64,000 bases of DNA from Eledone cirrhosa (lineage: Eukaryota): the NCBI GenBank assembly GCA_964016885.1, contig OZ024740.1, forward strand, positions 109,182,001 through 109,246,000, written 5' to 3'. The translations under genes were made by a program, and so were the position numbers. The notes under the pieces are model-generated. The model worked only from the letters and a program-made list of their open reading frames with translations, had not been told where the DNA came from and made no database searches. Positions 11,620 to 23,304 of the stretch are shown in pieces; the first letter of the stretch is position 1, and every line of letters begins with the position of its first letter.

Positions 11620-14025
11620 CAGTCACCAGTTGGTGCTACTGGTAACATGTATCCCAGTACAACCTGTCTCATGGTCGGGTCGTTGGCGACTAAACTGGCA
11701 ACCCCACCAAGGTTTCTTGGTGAGGAGGGTGACTTTGGACATCCTGCAGGACTAAAAACAAAACCTGTCAAAGGGCAAAGGAGCTCTTAAGAGTCAATGG
11801 CCATCCAAAATCACTGGGAGAGATGACCCCTTAGCCTTTGTCAAGGCAGAATTCTAGGAGAAGGAAAACTCTGATATAACACCTGCAACCCTGATGGTAT
11901 CCAATGATGTTGACTTGTTCTTCTTTTTGGTAAATATCATCTTGGTTAAGAGAGTAGGACTGGCTTTGTGCAGTGCCTTTGCTCACTATAAAAGCTTCAC
12001 GGCACAGGCATTGCTTTATATCTGGAGAGCTCTCTGCACTTGTTGTCACATGGTACCATGGGCCCAGCACTATGTATCAATAATTGTCACAAGTGTAGTG
12101 TTTGTACCAGAGTTTTCAAGTCGCATGCTGGACTAAAAAGTCACACTCGTTCAGCGCATCGGTAGGGGTTCTCCTACATGGATATAAAGTAGTGGCCGTA
12201 CTCGAAAACGAGTTGGAAGCCACCATGTATGTATGTATGTATGTTTTTAATCCTGCAGGATGTCCAAAGTCACCCTCCTCACCAAGAAACCTTGGAGATC
12301 TCTCTGTACGTGTCGTCACATGGTACCATGGGCCCAGCACTATGTGTCAATAATTGTCGCAAGTGTAGTGTTTGTACCAGAGTTTTCAAGTCGCTGGCTG
12401 GACTAAAAAGTCACACTCGTTCAGCGGATCGGTAGGGGTTCTCCTACATGGATTAAAGTAGTGGCCGTACTCGAAAACGAGTTGGCAGCCACCATGTATG
12501 TATGTATGTATGTATGTATGTATGTATGTATGTATGTATGTATGTATGTATGTATGTATGTATGTATGTCAGATCACCAGTTGGTGCTACTGGTAACATG
12601 TATCCCAGTACAACCTGTCTCATGGTCGGGTCGTTGGCGACTAAACTGGCAACCCCACCAAGGTTTCTTGGTGAGGAGGGTGACTATGGACATCCTGCAG
12701 GACTAAAAACAGAACCTGTCAAAGGGCAAAGGAGCTCTTAAGCGTCAATGGCCATCCATAATCACCGGGAGAGATGACCCCTTAGCCTTTGTCAAGGCAG
12801 AATTCTAGGAGAAGGAAAACTCTGATATAACACCTGCAACCCTGATGGTATCCAATGATATTGACTTGTTCTTCTTTTTGGTAAATATCATCTTGGTTAA
12901 GAGAGTGGGACTGGCTTTGTGCAGTGCCTTTGCTCACTATAAAAGCTTCACGGCACAGGCATTGAGATCTCTCTGCACTTGTCGTCAAATGGTACCATGG
13001 GCCCAACACTGTGTGTCAATAATTGTCACGAGTGTAGTGTTTGTACCAGAGTTTTCAAGTCGCATGCTGGACTAAAAAGTCACACTCGTTCAGCGCATCA
13101 GTAGGGGTTCTCCTACATGGATGTAAAGTAGTGGCTGTACTCGAAAACGAGTTGGCAGCCACCATATATATATGCATGTATGTATGTATATGTATATGTA
13201 TATGTGCATGTATGTATATATGTATGCATGTATGTATATATATATATGTATGCAATGTATGTATGTGTATATATATATGTATGCATGTATGTATATATGA
13301 ATGTATGTATGCATGTATAAAAGCTTCACGGCACAGGCATTGCTTTATATCTGGAGATCTCTCTGCACTTGTCGTCACATGGTACCATGGGCCCAGCACT
13401 ATGTGTCAATAATTGTCACACGTGTAGTGTTTGTACCAGAGTTTTCAAGTCGCTGGCTGGACTGGGGGGTCACAATCGATCAGCGCATCGGTAGGGGTTC
13501 TCCTACATGGACATAAAGTAGTGGACGTACTCGAAAACGAGTTGGCAGCCACCATGTATGTATGTATGTATGCACAGTCTTTCCTCACTTTAAAAAATAT
13601 CTTCACGCACAGGCATTGCACGATAGAATTAATTAATAATTATTAATAATGGTATATCGTGCAATGGCCATAATCGATAACGAGGGGGCAGCCATCATGT
13701 CATGTATGTATGGGAGTGAAGGACGCCTAGACTTTGTCAGGGCATTCTTCTAGGAGAAGGCATCTCAGGAAACAGGGATAACTCCGACATAAAACCTGCG
13801 GCTCAGTAGTTACCGATGATGTTGATCTTTTCTTCTTTTCGGGTTACAGCTACTGTCGCTCAGAGAGTGGGATTGGCTCAGTGCACAGTCTTTCCTCACT
13901 TAAACATTTTTTTTAGGCACAGGCATTGCACTATAGCATTAATTGATGATAATTATTAATAATGTTGTATCATGTAATGGCCATACTCGATAACGAGGGG
14001 CAGCCATCATGTATGTATGTATGTA
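11620..14025 (+). mobile_element. Tandem cluster of RTE-derived bipartite non-autonomous retroelements separated by (TATG)n
   Basis: Near-identical ~600-bp units at 11620-12243 and 12570-13165, partial units at 12245-12500 and 13317-13575, related subfamily at 13575-14025. RTE-like 5' motifs (TGGCAACCCCAC, CTAGGAGAAGGAAAACTC) are joined to a 3' end encoding CSVCTRVFKSLAGLKSH (C2H2-like LINE terminus). Further copies at 1-60(+) and 52330-52686(-). Confidence 0.75.
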
Positions 14026-14048
14026 TATGAGTCACTCGGTTCAATCGG

Positions 14049-14230
14049 GGGTAGACACAGTAAATAAGGTACTCAATACATTAGTAGAGTATATACAATA
14101 TTTAATATAGAAATGGCTTCTACGGGACTAGAACTGTTTCATTCGAAGGAAATCATCAGGAAAGCGCTTTCCTGATGATTTCCTGTACTCTGCCATCGTA
14201 TTGAGTACCTTCTTTAACTGTGGTTACCCA
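14049..14230. mobile_element. Penelope-like inverted-repeat remnant with hammerhead-like core on the minus strand
   Basis: IR 14049-14092/14186-14230; internal palindrome GGAAATCATCAGGAAAGCGCTTTCCTGATGATTTCC. Minus strand reads CTGATGA..GAAAC..GTA-GAAGC. Confidence 0.5.
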
Positions 14231-14625
14231 CAACATGATACAGAAATCTTCATATTATATATATATATAGAAATTACATGAATCAAAGTTCTGTTTAAAT
14301 CATTATTATTATATATATATATACAAGAAAGATGAAAAAAACTTACCTTTTAATTTTAAATCTTTAATTTTTAGTTTTTAATTCTTATTAACTGTAATAC
14401 TCAACATTTTATAAGATGAATTTTACTAATACATCGAAACCGGTAATACTTTATATACATTATATACATTATATACATTATATGCATTATATACATTATA
14501 AAACTCATTTTGAAAGAATTGTCCCTCTCATTTTTTTCAATAATGTCACTTTGACGAATCAAAGAAAGTAAAAAAAAAAGAGAAAAACAGACCCTAAAAT
14601 ACATTTTCCATGCTATTTCCAACCC

Positions 14626-14880
<255 letters not shown>

Positions 14881-14889
14881 ATATGTATA

Positions 14890-14938
<49 letters not shown>

Positions 14939-15160
14939 TTTGTTTCTGAATTTGTTTAGCAAGATTCTTTATCTGAAATCGTGTGTTGAAACCGATATTG
15001 TTATACTTTGGGAGGGTCATGTTGCCAATAAGAAACACACGCACCAGTTGCTTTCACTTCAATTTATTATATATTTATAAATTTATAAATTTACAAATTT
15101 ACAAACTTATAAATTTCTGGTTGGTTGGTTGGTTCCACAACCAGATAGTTGTTTATATAT

Positions 15161-15205
15161 AGTCATAGTCCTTTCGTCACACACTCTGTGACCTCTTCAG
15201 TGACT
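15161..15205 (-). ncRNA. Minimal type I hammerhead ribozyme
   Basis: Minus strand: AGTCA-CTGAAGA-G-GTCAC..GTGAC-GAAA-GGAC-TA-TGACT; stems I and II pair perfectly. Confidence 0.75.
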
Positions 15206-15469
15206 GGAGATTCCTTTCTTTGTTTCTGTGCCTTTCCTTTCCTCTATCCTACGCCATTTTGTTTCTGTGTGTGTGTTGTGTGCTCAGTTTGCGCATGCGC
15301 CACATCCGGGTGTCTGTGTGTGTTTGTGTTCATTTATCTATTTGTTTATTTATTTATTTATTTATTGTTGGTTGGTTGTTTGTTCTATGTGTGTGTGTGT
15401 TTTCATTTTGTCCTGTGTGTGACCAGGTACCTCCGTAAAAACACTTATTAGCAAGACATACCCGTTCCA

Positions 15470-15863
15470 AAGACCCTCATGTATAGATAAGAAATGTATA
15501 ACCTGTAAAATAAGCCCCCATATTAACTGTAAAACTAGAAATGTAGTGTATAGCATAAGATGTACTGAAGGACAATGTAGAAACAAAAATATAGTGTACA
15601 TAGGTGAGACAGCTCGTAGTATAGGGGAACGAATAAATGAACACTGGCGAGACCTCCAAGATAATAAAGAATCATATGTGCTCTACCAACATGCTAAGAT
15701 AGAACACAGGGGTAGATTAGAGAACATAGAAATAAAAATAGAATCCACACACAAAAAAGATGCAATGTTTAGGAAAATTACAGAGGCAGTAAGCATAAAA
15801 GAATTACAACCAAAATTAAATAGAAAATATGAGTGGAACAGCAACATCACAACTTACAATTAA
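15470..15863 (+). pseudogene. Penelope-like GIY-YIG endonuclease fragment
   Basis: C..CITC..NVVYSIRC..C..IVYIGETARSIGERINEH..ITEAVSI..PKLN. Confidence 0.85.
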
Positions 15864-16045
15864 GGACAAAATGAAAACACACACACACATAGAACAAACA
15901 ACTTACAATTAAGGACACAATTAAGGACAAAATGAAAACACACACAGGACAAAATGAAAACACACACACACATAGAACAAACAACCAACCAACAATAAAT
16001 AAATAAACAAATAGATAAATGAACACAAACACACACAGACACCCG

Positions 16046-17520
16046 AATGATGATTATAAAGACGAGCTTTGTAAAGTTATAACTGACAACAATTCCTTTA
16101 CCTATTTTGGCTCCACTTCCACCTCCTTTAAAGTTCGTCTTTATAATCATCATTCGTCTTTGAAATACCAACTTAAAAGAACCAACACGGCACTCTCAGA
16201 ACTCATATGGTCCTTGAAAGACAAAAACATTAACTATAACATCTCTTGGAAGAAGGTTTGTTCTGCTTCTCCATACTTGAATAGTTCTCTATCCAAGACA
16301 TGCAATCTCTGTTTATGTGAAAATGTTACCATTATCTCTAATTTAGATTCTATAATAAATAGACGCACTGACTTGTTTTCTCTCTGCTTGCATAAATTCC
16401 ACAGAACATTCCATAAAGTATACAGCTAATATCTAATACTTTATCAATTTAAAATCCTTTTCTCAAAGGCACATATATATATATACATATATATTTCTTT
16501 AAAAATATACCCATCTTTCTACCTTATTTCAATGTTATTTATTATACATTATATAATACTAGTTACACATTCTATATCACTCCTATTTATCACTTCCCTT
16601 TCTTTCTTTTTTCCTTTTTTCTTTTCTTTTTTTCTTTTTCTTTTAATTTTTAACCTCTAATCTGTACCTTTTCTTCCTAGATACTTCTCAATTATCATTG
16701 TGCCTAACGTAGAAACAATTATTACTCAGCACAAGATATTCTTACTTCATATCACCTTGAAAAAATCCTTCGTAAACATAAACATTTTTTTGACGTTAGA
16801 TTATTCATCCTCAATTCATTATTTTTTTTCTCCTTTTCAGGCTCATCTAACTTATACATATTACACTTATTCATCCACTCTTCTACTTCTTTCACAATAT
16901 ATCCTTAATTACATTACTATTGCTATATTTTTATATTTTTTAATAATACATATCAACAATTTCTTTCCATCGCACATATTATTAAACCCTTAAATATTAT
17001 TCTTAATACATATTAACAATTTCTTTTCATCGCACATATTATTAAACCCTTAAATATATAAACCTTAATTTAACATTATTCTAAAATTTTTCTCTTCGTT
17101 AATTTTCAAATTCTTTTAATTTATATATTATCTTCCAACGGTTTTTCAACCTCTCTCTGTAAAACAATATATTTTTCTCAGTTATAAAAGCTATCTCTCT
17201 CTCTCTATCACCCATCTCTCCTCCTATCTCATCCTTCCTCATTATACTCCTCCCCCTCCACTTTTTACTCTCATTTCCTCCTCTTTTTCATCCTTTCCAG
17301 CCCCCCCCCCCCCCCATTTTGTCCCAATATCACACATCAATCTAAAACTACTTTTCATATGTTGATTTAAAACTGCACTATTCACAAGTGTGTTTTAACC
17401 TTCATATCATGTCTCCCTATTTTATCTGACGAAAACGCAAATGTTATTGCATGATGATATTTGTTTTTGAAATGCGCATAATAAAATACATGGAACTCTT
17501 TTAACCATCTTTTGATCTTA
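16046..17520 (+). mobile_element. Second 5'-truncated Penelope-like element (GIY-YIG ~16060-16429, long AT-rich 3' region, terminal hammerhead)
   Basis: TYFGSTSTSFKVRLYNH..TALSELIW..CNLCLCE motif; HHR at 17418-17488. Confidence 0.8.
17418..17488 (+). ncRNA. Minimal type I hammerhead ribozyme with palindromic stem III
   Basis: TATTTTAT-CTGACGA-stem II-GAAA-TGCGCA-TA-ATAAAATA; perfect 8-bp stem I, intact core, ATGCGCAT palindrome. Confidence 0.85.
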
Positions 17521-17535
17521 TATATTATTTATACT

Positions 17536-17770
17536 CCAGTCCATTACTGGTACTTTATTTTATCGACCCCATAAGGATGAAAGACAAAGTTGACCTCAGC
17601 GGGATTTGAACTCAGACTGGAAAGGGCCGTAACTCTATGCGTCAAAGCATGGCGTCCGATCCTTTCCAGTCTGAGTTCAAATCCCGCCGAGGTCAACTTT
17701 ACCTTTCATCCTTACGGGGTCGATAAAATAAAGTACCAGTAATGTACTGGGTAATTGCTGGCCTTGTGCC
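17536..17770. mobile_element. Inverted pair of tRNA-derived SINE (family 1) segments
   Basis: GAGTTCAAATCCCGCCGAGGTCAACTTT..CATCCTT.CGGGGTCGATAAAATAAAGTACCAG present on both strands around a ~33-bp spacer. Confidence 0.8.
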
Positions 17771-17849
17771 AAAACGAAGGAAGTGTGGTAAGGAACCAGG
17801 TGGACCATAACAGATCAGAGTACTCGATACTTGGGTAGTAGAGTGGGTA

Positions 17850-17969
17850 ATAGGAAAAGAGTCAGGTCCCCGACGGCAGAGCTCAAGCCGTTTCGACAGC
17901 TATTTCTGGACTGTCCAGGAATAGCTGTCGAAAGGGCTTGAGCTCTGCCGTCGGGGTCCTGACTATTTT

Positions 17970-17974
<5 letters not shown>
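17850..17974. repeat. Fold-back of the 3' half of the 4938-5036 hammerhead family
   Basis: ~60-bp arms around a 1-nt centre; the arms match 4992-5036. Confidence 0.75.
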
Positions 17975-18019
<45 letters not shown>

Positions 18020-18673
18020 GTGTGAGTGTGTGAGTGTATATATATGCACACGCACACGCGCGCGTGTGTGTGTGTGTTTATGTTTAGTGTTTGTTTATAT
18101 CCTGTAACTTAGCGGTTTGACAAAAAATGTAATATCCATAAAATATTGAGAAAATATTTACTGGGATCGATCGGATCGACTAAAACCCTTCGATGCGGTG
18201 CCCCAGCAAGGCCGCAGTCTTATGATTGAAAAAGAAAATAGGTACGTATTTGAAACATTAAAATTGTCTGCCATGTCATAAAAAAGCTGGTGAGAAGACA
18301 GTAACTATAGCGGGAGGACTCTGTGACTCTGTGACGTGTTTCCTGCTTTCATGAATGAGGTGTGGTTATGTGGTTTTTCAAAATAACAACTCAGAAGCTG
18401 CTTTCAATACACTTCTTCTGTTTGAGAATTTTATTGTAATAACAGACATTTGAAACGAAACAGCATAATAGCAAAAATAAACATGTCTTAGATGAGAAGT
18501 GTAAAAACGCTTTGAGCACTCCTGTCGGCCAAATATCTCCCTTTGCTGAAAACACACACGACATAGGATATTTTCTCTGGAAGTCTTTCAAAGAAAAGGT
18601 TACTGCGTGTGAATGACTACATATTAAGAAGAGATAGTTAGATAGATAAAGAGAGGAGAGAGAGGAGGGGGGG

Positions 18674-18742
<69 letters not shown>

Positions 18743-18812
18743 GACATCGTTATTGTTTTTGTTTTCTGTTTTAACTTATATATATAGACAGATAGATAAA
18801 TAGATAGAGAGT

Positions 18813-18871
<59 letters not shown>

Positions 18872-18914
18872 ATAGGAAGAGAGAGAGAGAGGAGAGAGAG
18901 AGACAGGTAGATAG

Positions 18915-19948
18915 ATATATTTCTTTATTTGCCACAAGGGTGCACAAGAAAAGGGGACAATACAAAGACACATGCCGGGGATTTTACATACAGTCGTGTA
19001 AAAAAAAAATATAAAACAAAGAAACAATTATAACAATCGAAATCCTCAATAGGGGGAGACGTCACAAATGGATTGTTTAATACCCCGTCGATAGAACAAC
19101 CCTCAACTTCAGGAGCGCGTTGTGCAAGTGCTCCTTTCTTCCATTTGCTCTCTTCTTTAACCTACAGGCTTATAAACAGAGAAGGCACAATCACTCGGGC
19201 CATTTTTGCTTCATTCACCCACCTTTCAGTAAATTTACTGGGGTGCAGTGCCTCTCTCGCCACTCTGATTCTTCTTCTAAAGTGATACTTAAAGAAGGGA
19301 ATCAATTGTTGTCCGGAGAGAAAGGCATCTGTCCTCAGTCCTCTCAATCTCGTCCACCATATAACCGCTTTCACCATAGCCACCGTACAGAGGAAAACCA
19401 CCCCTCTTTCGTTTTTGAAAGAGGCTGGTGGTTTGATCCTTACTATGGACTCGGCAGTCAACTGGATTTGTCCCATACACGACAGCAGCTGTTCTGCATA
19501 GTTCTACAGGTCGCTTATGTCCGGGCAGTGTACAATTGCGTGTAAGACAGTTTCAATGTCCTGGTCGCATCTTGGACACGTCCTCTTGGAAGGATCTCTG
19601 CCGGGGCGTCGGTTCCTGTAGATCTTATCTCGAACGGGTAGAGCTCCTCGGAAGCACTGCCAGGCCAGGGACCTCTGGAAGTTGTCCATAGGTCCCGGGC
19701 GGAAAGTCCTACCGAACAGACTGGTGAGCACGTCGTCTTCGACGCCTAGAGTCTCCCTGAGCACGTCGTCGCACTTGTAAAGTCCTAACCCTCTATAGAA
19801 TGTCGAAGTGGAGTCTCCACTGATTGCTGTGCCCGCTTGACAGAGGAATGTAAGCGCCTGGGCGCATTCAATGTGCCAGGCGCCCATCTTCTTCGGTCTT
19901 CGCTTGACCCAGGACTGCAGATCCGTCAGCGAGACAAGTTATGGGAGA
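18915..19948 (-). mobile_element. 5'-truncated L1/Tx1-clade element (sister family) in (GATA)n
   Basis: ORFs 19162-19887 align by eye with the ORF2 C-terminus of the 23305-26724 protein (PGPMDNFQRSLAWQC, CPRC..ETVLHA..C). 3' end CCCTTGTGGCAAATAAAGAAAT then (TATC)n. Confidence 0.9.
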
Positions 19949-19971
19949 CAGATAGATAGATATATATATAT

Positions 19972-20016
<45 letters not shown>

Positions 20017-20403
20017 GAGGGAGAGATAGAGAGTGCGAGAGAGAGAAAGAGAGAGAGATAGGGAGAGAGAGAGAAAGAGAGAGAGAGAAACGGGGGGGGG
20101 GGGGGCATATAGGCAAAGTCACCAGATGAGTTTAAATGAAATAACTTTAGCCTGTTGTCATAAGGAACAGAAATCTACTGAGTAAATATGATGAGACAAG
20201 CAGGTATATTTATTACTTAACTAGACACTGAGGGGAAGAGCGAGTGAAAGAGAGAGCGAGGGAGTGCTAATGAGAATTTAGTGAGAAGCTTAGTTTGCAT
20301 AACAGTGAGAAAATGATAAAGAGACACATTTATAAAGAGACTCTGAGGAAGTTAGATTGATATATTGATAGTGAGATAGACATAAAGGAAGCGAAATTGA
20401 TAG

Positions 20404-20457
20404 ATATATTTCCTTATTTGCCACAAGGGCGCACAAGAAAAGGGGACAATACAAAGA
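20404..20457 (-). mobile_element. Extreme 3' fragment of the (GATA)n-associated Tx1 family
   Basis: Near-identical to 18915-18968; GATA repeats on both sides. Confidence 0.8.
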
Positions 20458-20711
20458 TAGATAGATAGATAGATAGATAGAGAGAGAGGTGTATTTAGAT
20501 CTTTAGATGTGTATATATGTATGAGAGAGGGATGGGTTAGCGAGCTGATGAATACATAGACCAATTAAAATAGAAGGATATGAGGTAGAATAGGAGAAGA
20601 GGGGGAAAGAGGTAGGAGGGGAGATACAGAGAAGGGTTAGGCGGGAAGGAAGAGAATGAGATGAGGCTGGAGGAGAAAAGAAAAGGAATAAGTTGAGAGG
20701 GAGTGACAAAG

Positions 20712-21053
<342 letters not shown>

Positions 21054-22359
21054 GTGGTGGTGAAAGAAAAACAGTCGTTAAGTTAGGAGGAAGAGGAAAG
21101 AGGAGAGGTGGAAAAATAAAGGGAGTGACAGAGAAATAATGCGAGGGTGTAAAATATAATGAAAGTTAGGTAAATGTCATGAAAACATCAGAGGATTACG
21201 AAGTGAACTTTAAGGGAGGGATTGGAAGGATTAGAGAGGATTAAAGGACTTTGAATGTTAATTTTCAGATTCATCACTATTGATCTATCTAGTCTCTTCT
21301 TTCATCCCCTTTGTCTTTATATATATTCTATACATGTATTCCTATTATAAGCTCTAGTGTTGGTGGCAGCTTGAGGCAGACTGGCCATGCGGGGCATTTT
21401 GGACGAAGTCCAATGGGTCGCTGGGTTGGGTGAATAAAACAACAAAAATAGCCGGAAAATGTCACGTAAAATTTGAAGAATAAATTTAATTTCAAAAGTG
21501 GAATTATTCAGTTTTTCTCAAGTATTTTCTCTATTTTCTTAGATAAACTACATATCAATAAACAATGAGTCGACATGATAGGTGACGGATGCCCGGGCAT
21601 GTTATAACCTCCAGTCCGCTTCTGGTGGCCACGCAGCAAATCTACAGCAAAGAGGGAGTTTTTATCTGTCTATTTGCATAGCTTTTTGTCACATGACAAA
21701 CTATGGTAGCACCGTGTTCACTGTGGTATACTCAGCCACTTGCACGTTAATTTAATGAGCAAGCTTTTCCGTTGATCGAACAACTGAAATATGCATGGTC
21801 GAAACCGACGGATGTCCATTCCTATTCCAAGGCATTTTCGTCTCCGTCACTCCTTATACGTTCGAAATATTAAGATCTAGTAACAGCATGACGCTCCAAT
21901 ATCATTAATATTATTTTATTCTTTTATAATTTTATTCATTTGCTTGTTTCAGTCAGTAGACTGCGGCCAAACTGGAGCACCATATTGATTTAGTCGATCA
22001 TATCGACCCAGTACTTATTTTTTCAAGTCTGGCATTTATTTTATCGATCTCTTTTTTTAGGTCGAACTACAAAGTTACGGAACATAAACATAGACAGACA
22101 GAAACGTAAACAAACACATACACACATACACACGTATACACACACACGCACTCACACAGAGACACGCATATGCATACATGCATACATACCCCCGCCACAC
22201 AGATACACACATATATATATATATATAATGAGAAAAAACGATGAAGTTTCGTTTACATATGTTTGTTTTTATCGTGCATCGATCTAGTCGTCAGACTGAT
22301 GATTCAACTTACTTATTGTTGAATCACATACACTATACATACAGTATATATAGTAATAA

Positions 22360-22822
<463 letters not shown>

Positions 22823-22845
22823 AAATATGTAATATATATATACAT

Positions 22846-22966
22846 ATATTCATTAGTTAAGCAAAACAAGACCACAAATTTCACAAGGGAGACATTATTT
22901 AAAGATTGACAACATAGTTGCAGTTTAATGTAAGGAATAAGGAGTGTAAATATAGTTTAATGTAAG

Positions 22967-22970
<4 letters not shown>
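22846..22970 (+). repeat. Left 125-bp arm of a long-range inverted repeat, followed by (AAT)n 22968-23042
   Basis: Reverse complement of 46407-46531, with 4 mismatches by manual comparison. Confidence 0.92.
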
Positions 22971-23044
<74 letters not shown>

Positions 23045-23304
23045 TTTCTTTATTAACCACAAGGGTTTACATAAAGTAGACATTAAGGACAGTGCAGGAC
23101 AATGCAGGACGGTACAAATGGGCATTTCTGCGTGTAAAAAAACAAAAACAGAGGATGTAACAAAAATAACAATGAAAATAACAATGAAAAATTCCCCAAT
23201 AGGGGGGAGACTTCGGAGGGACATTTGTGGAGAAAGCCCAGTAAAAAGCCACAATGACCCTGACCACCAAGGCAAGTGCCCTCTCCCAGTTTTCCACCTT
23301 TAGT

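Larger units (their letters stand above)
15065..16045 (+). mobile_element. 5'-truncated Penelope-like element with upstream inverted pseudo-LTR
   Basis: GIY-YIG coding segment flanked by inverted copies 15307-15420 / 15940-16045; HHR in the inverted arm. Confidence 0.8.

Noticed and set aside
22248-22325. CTGACGA/CTGATGA motifs near 22290-22305 and 47505 as hammerheads
   Set aside because: Could not assemble stems I-III with GAAA and an NUH site; possibly decayed Penelope ends.
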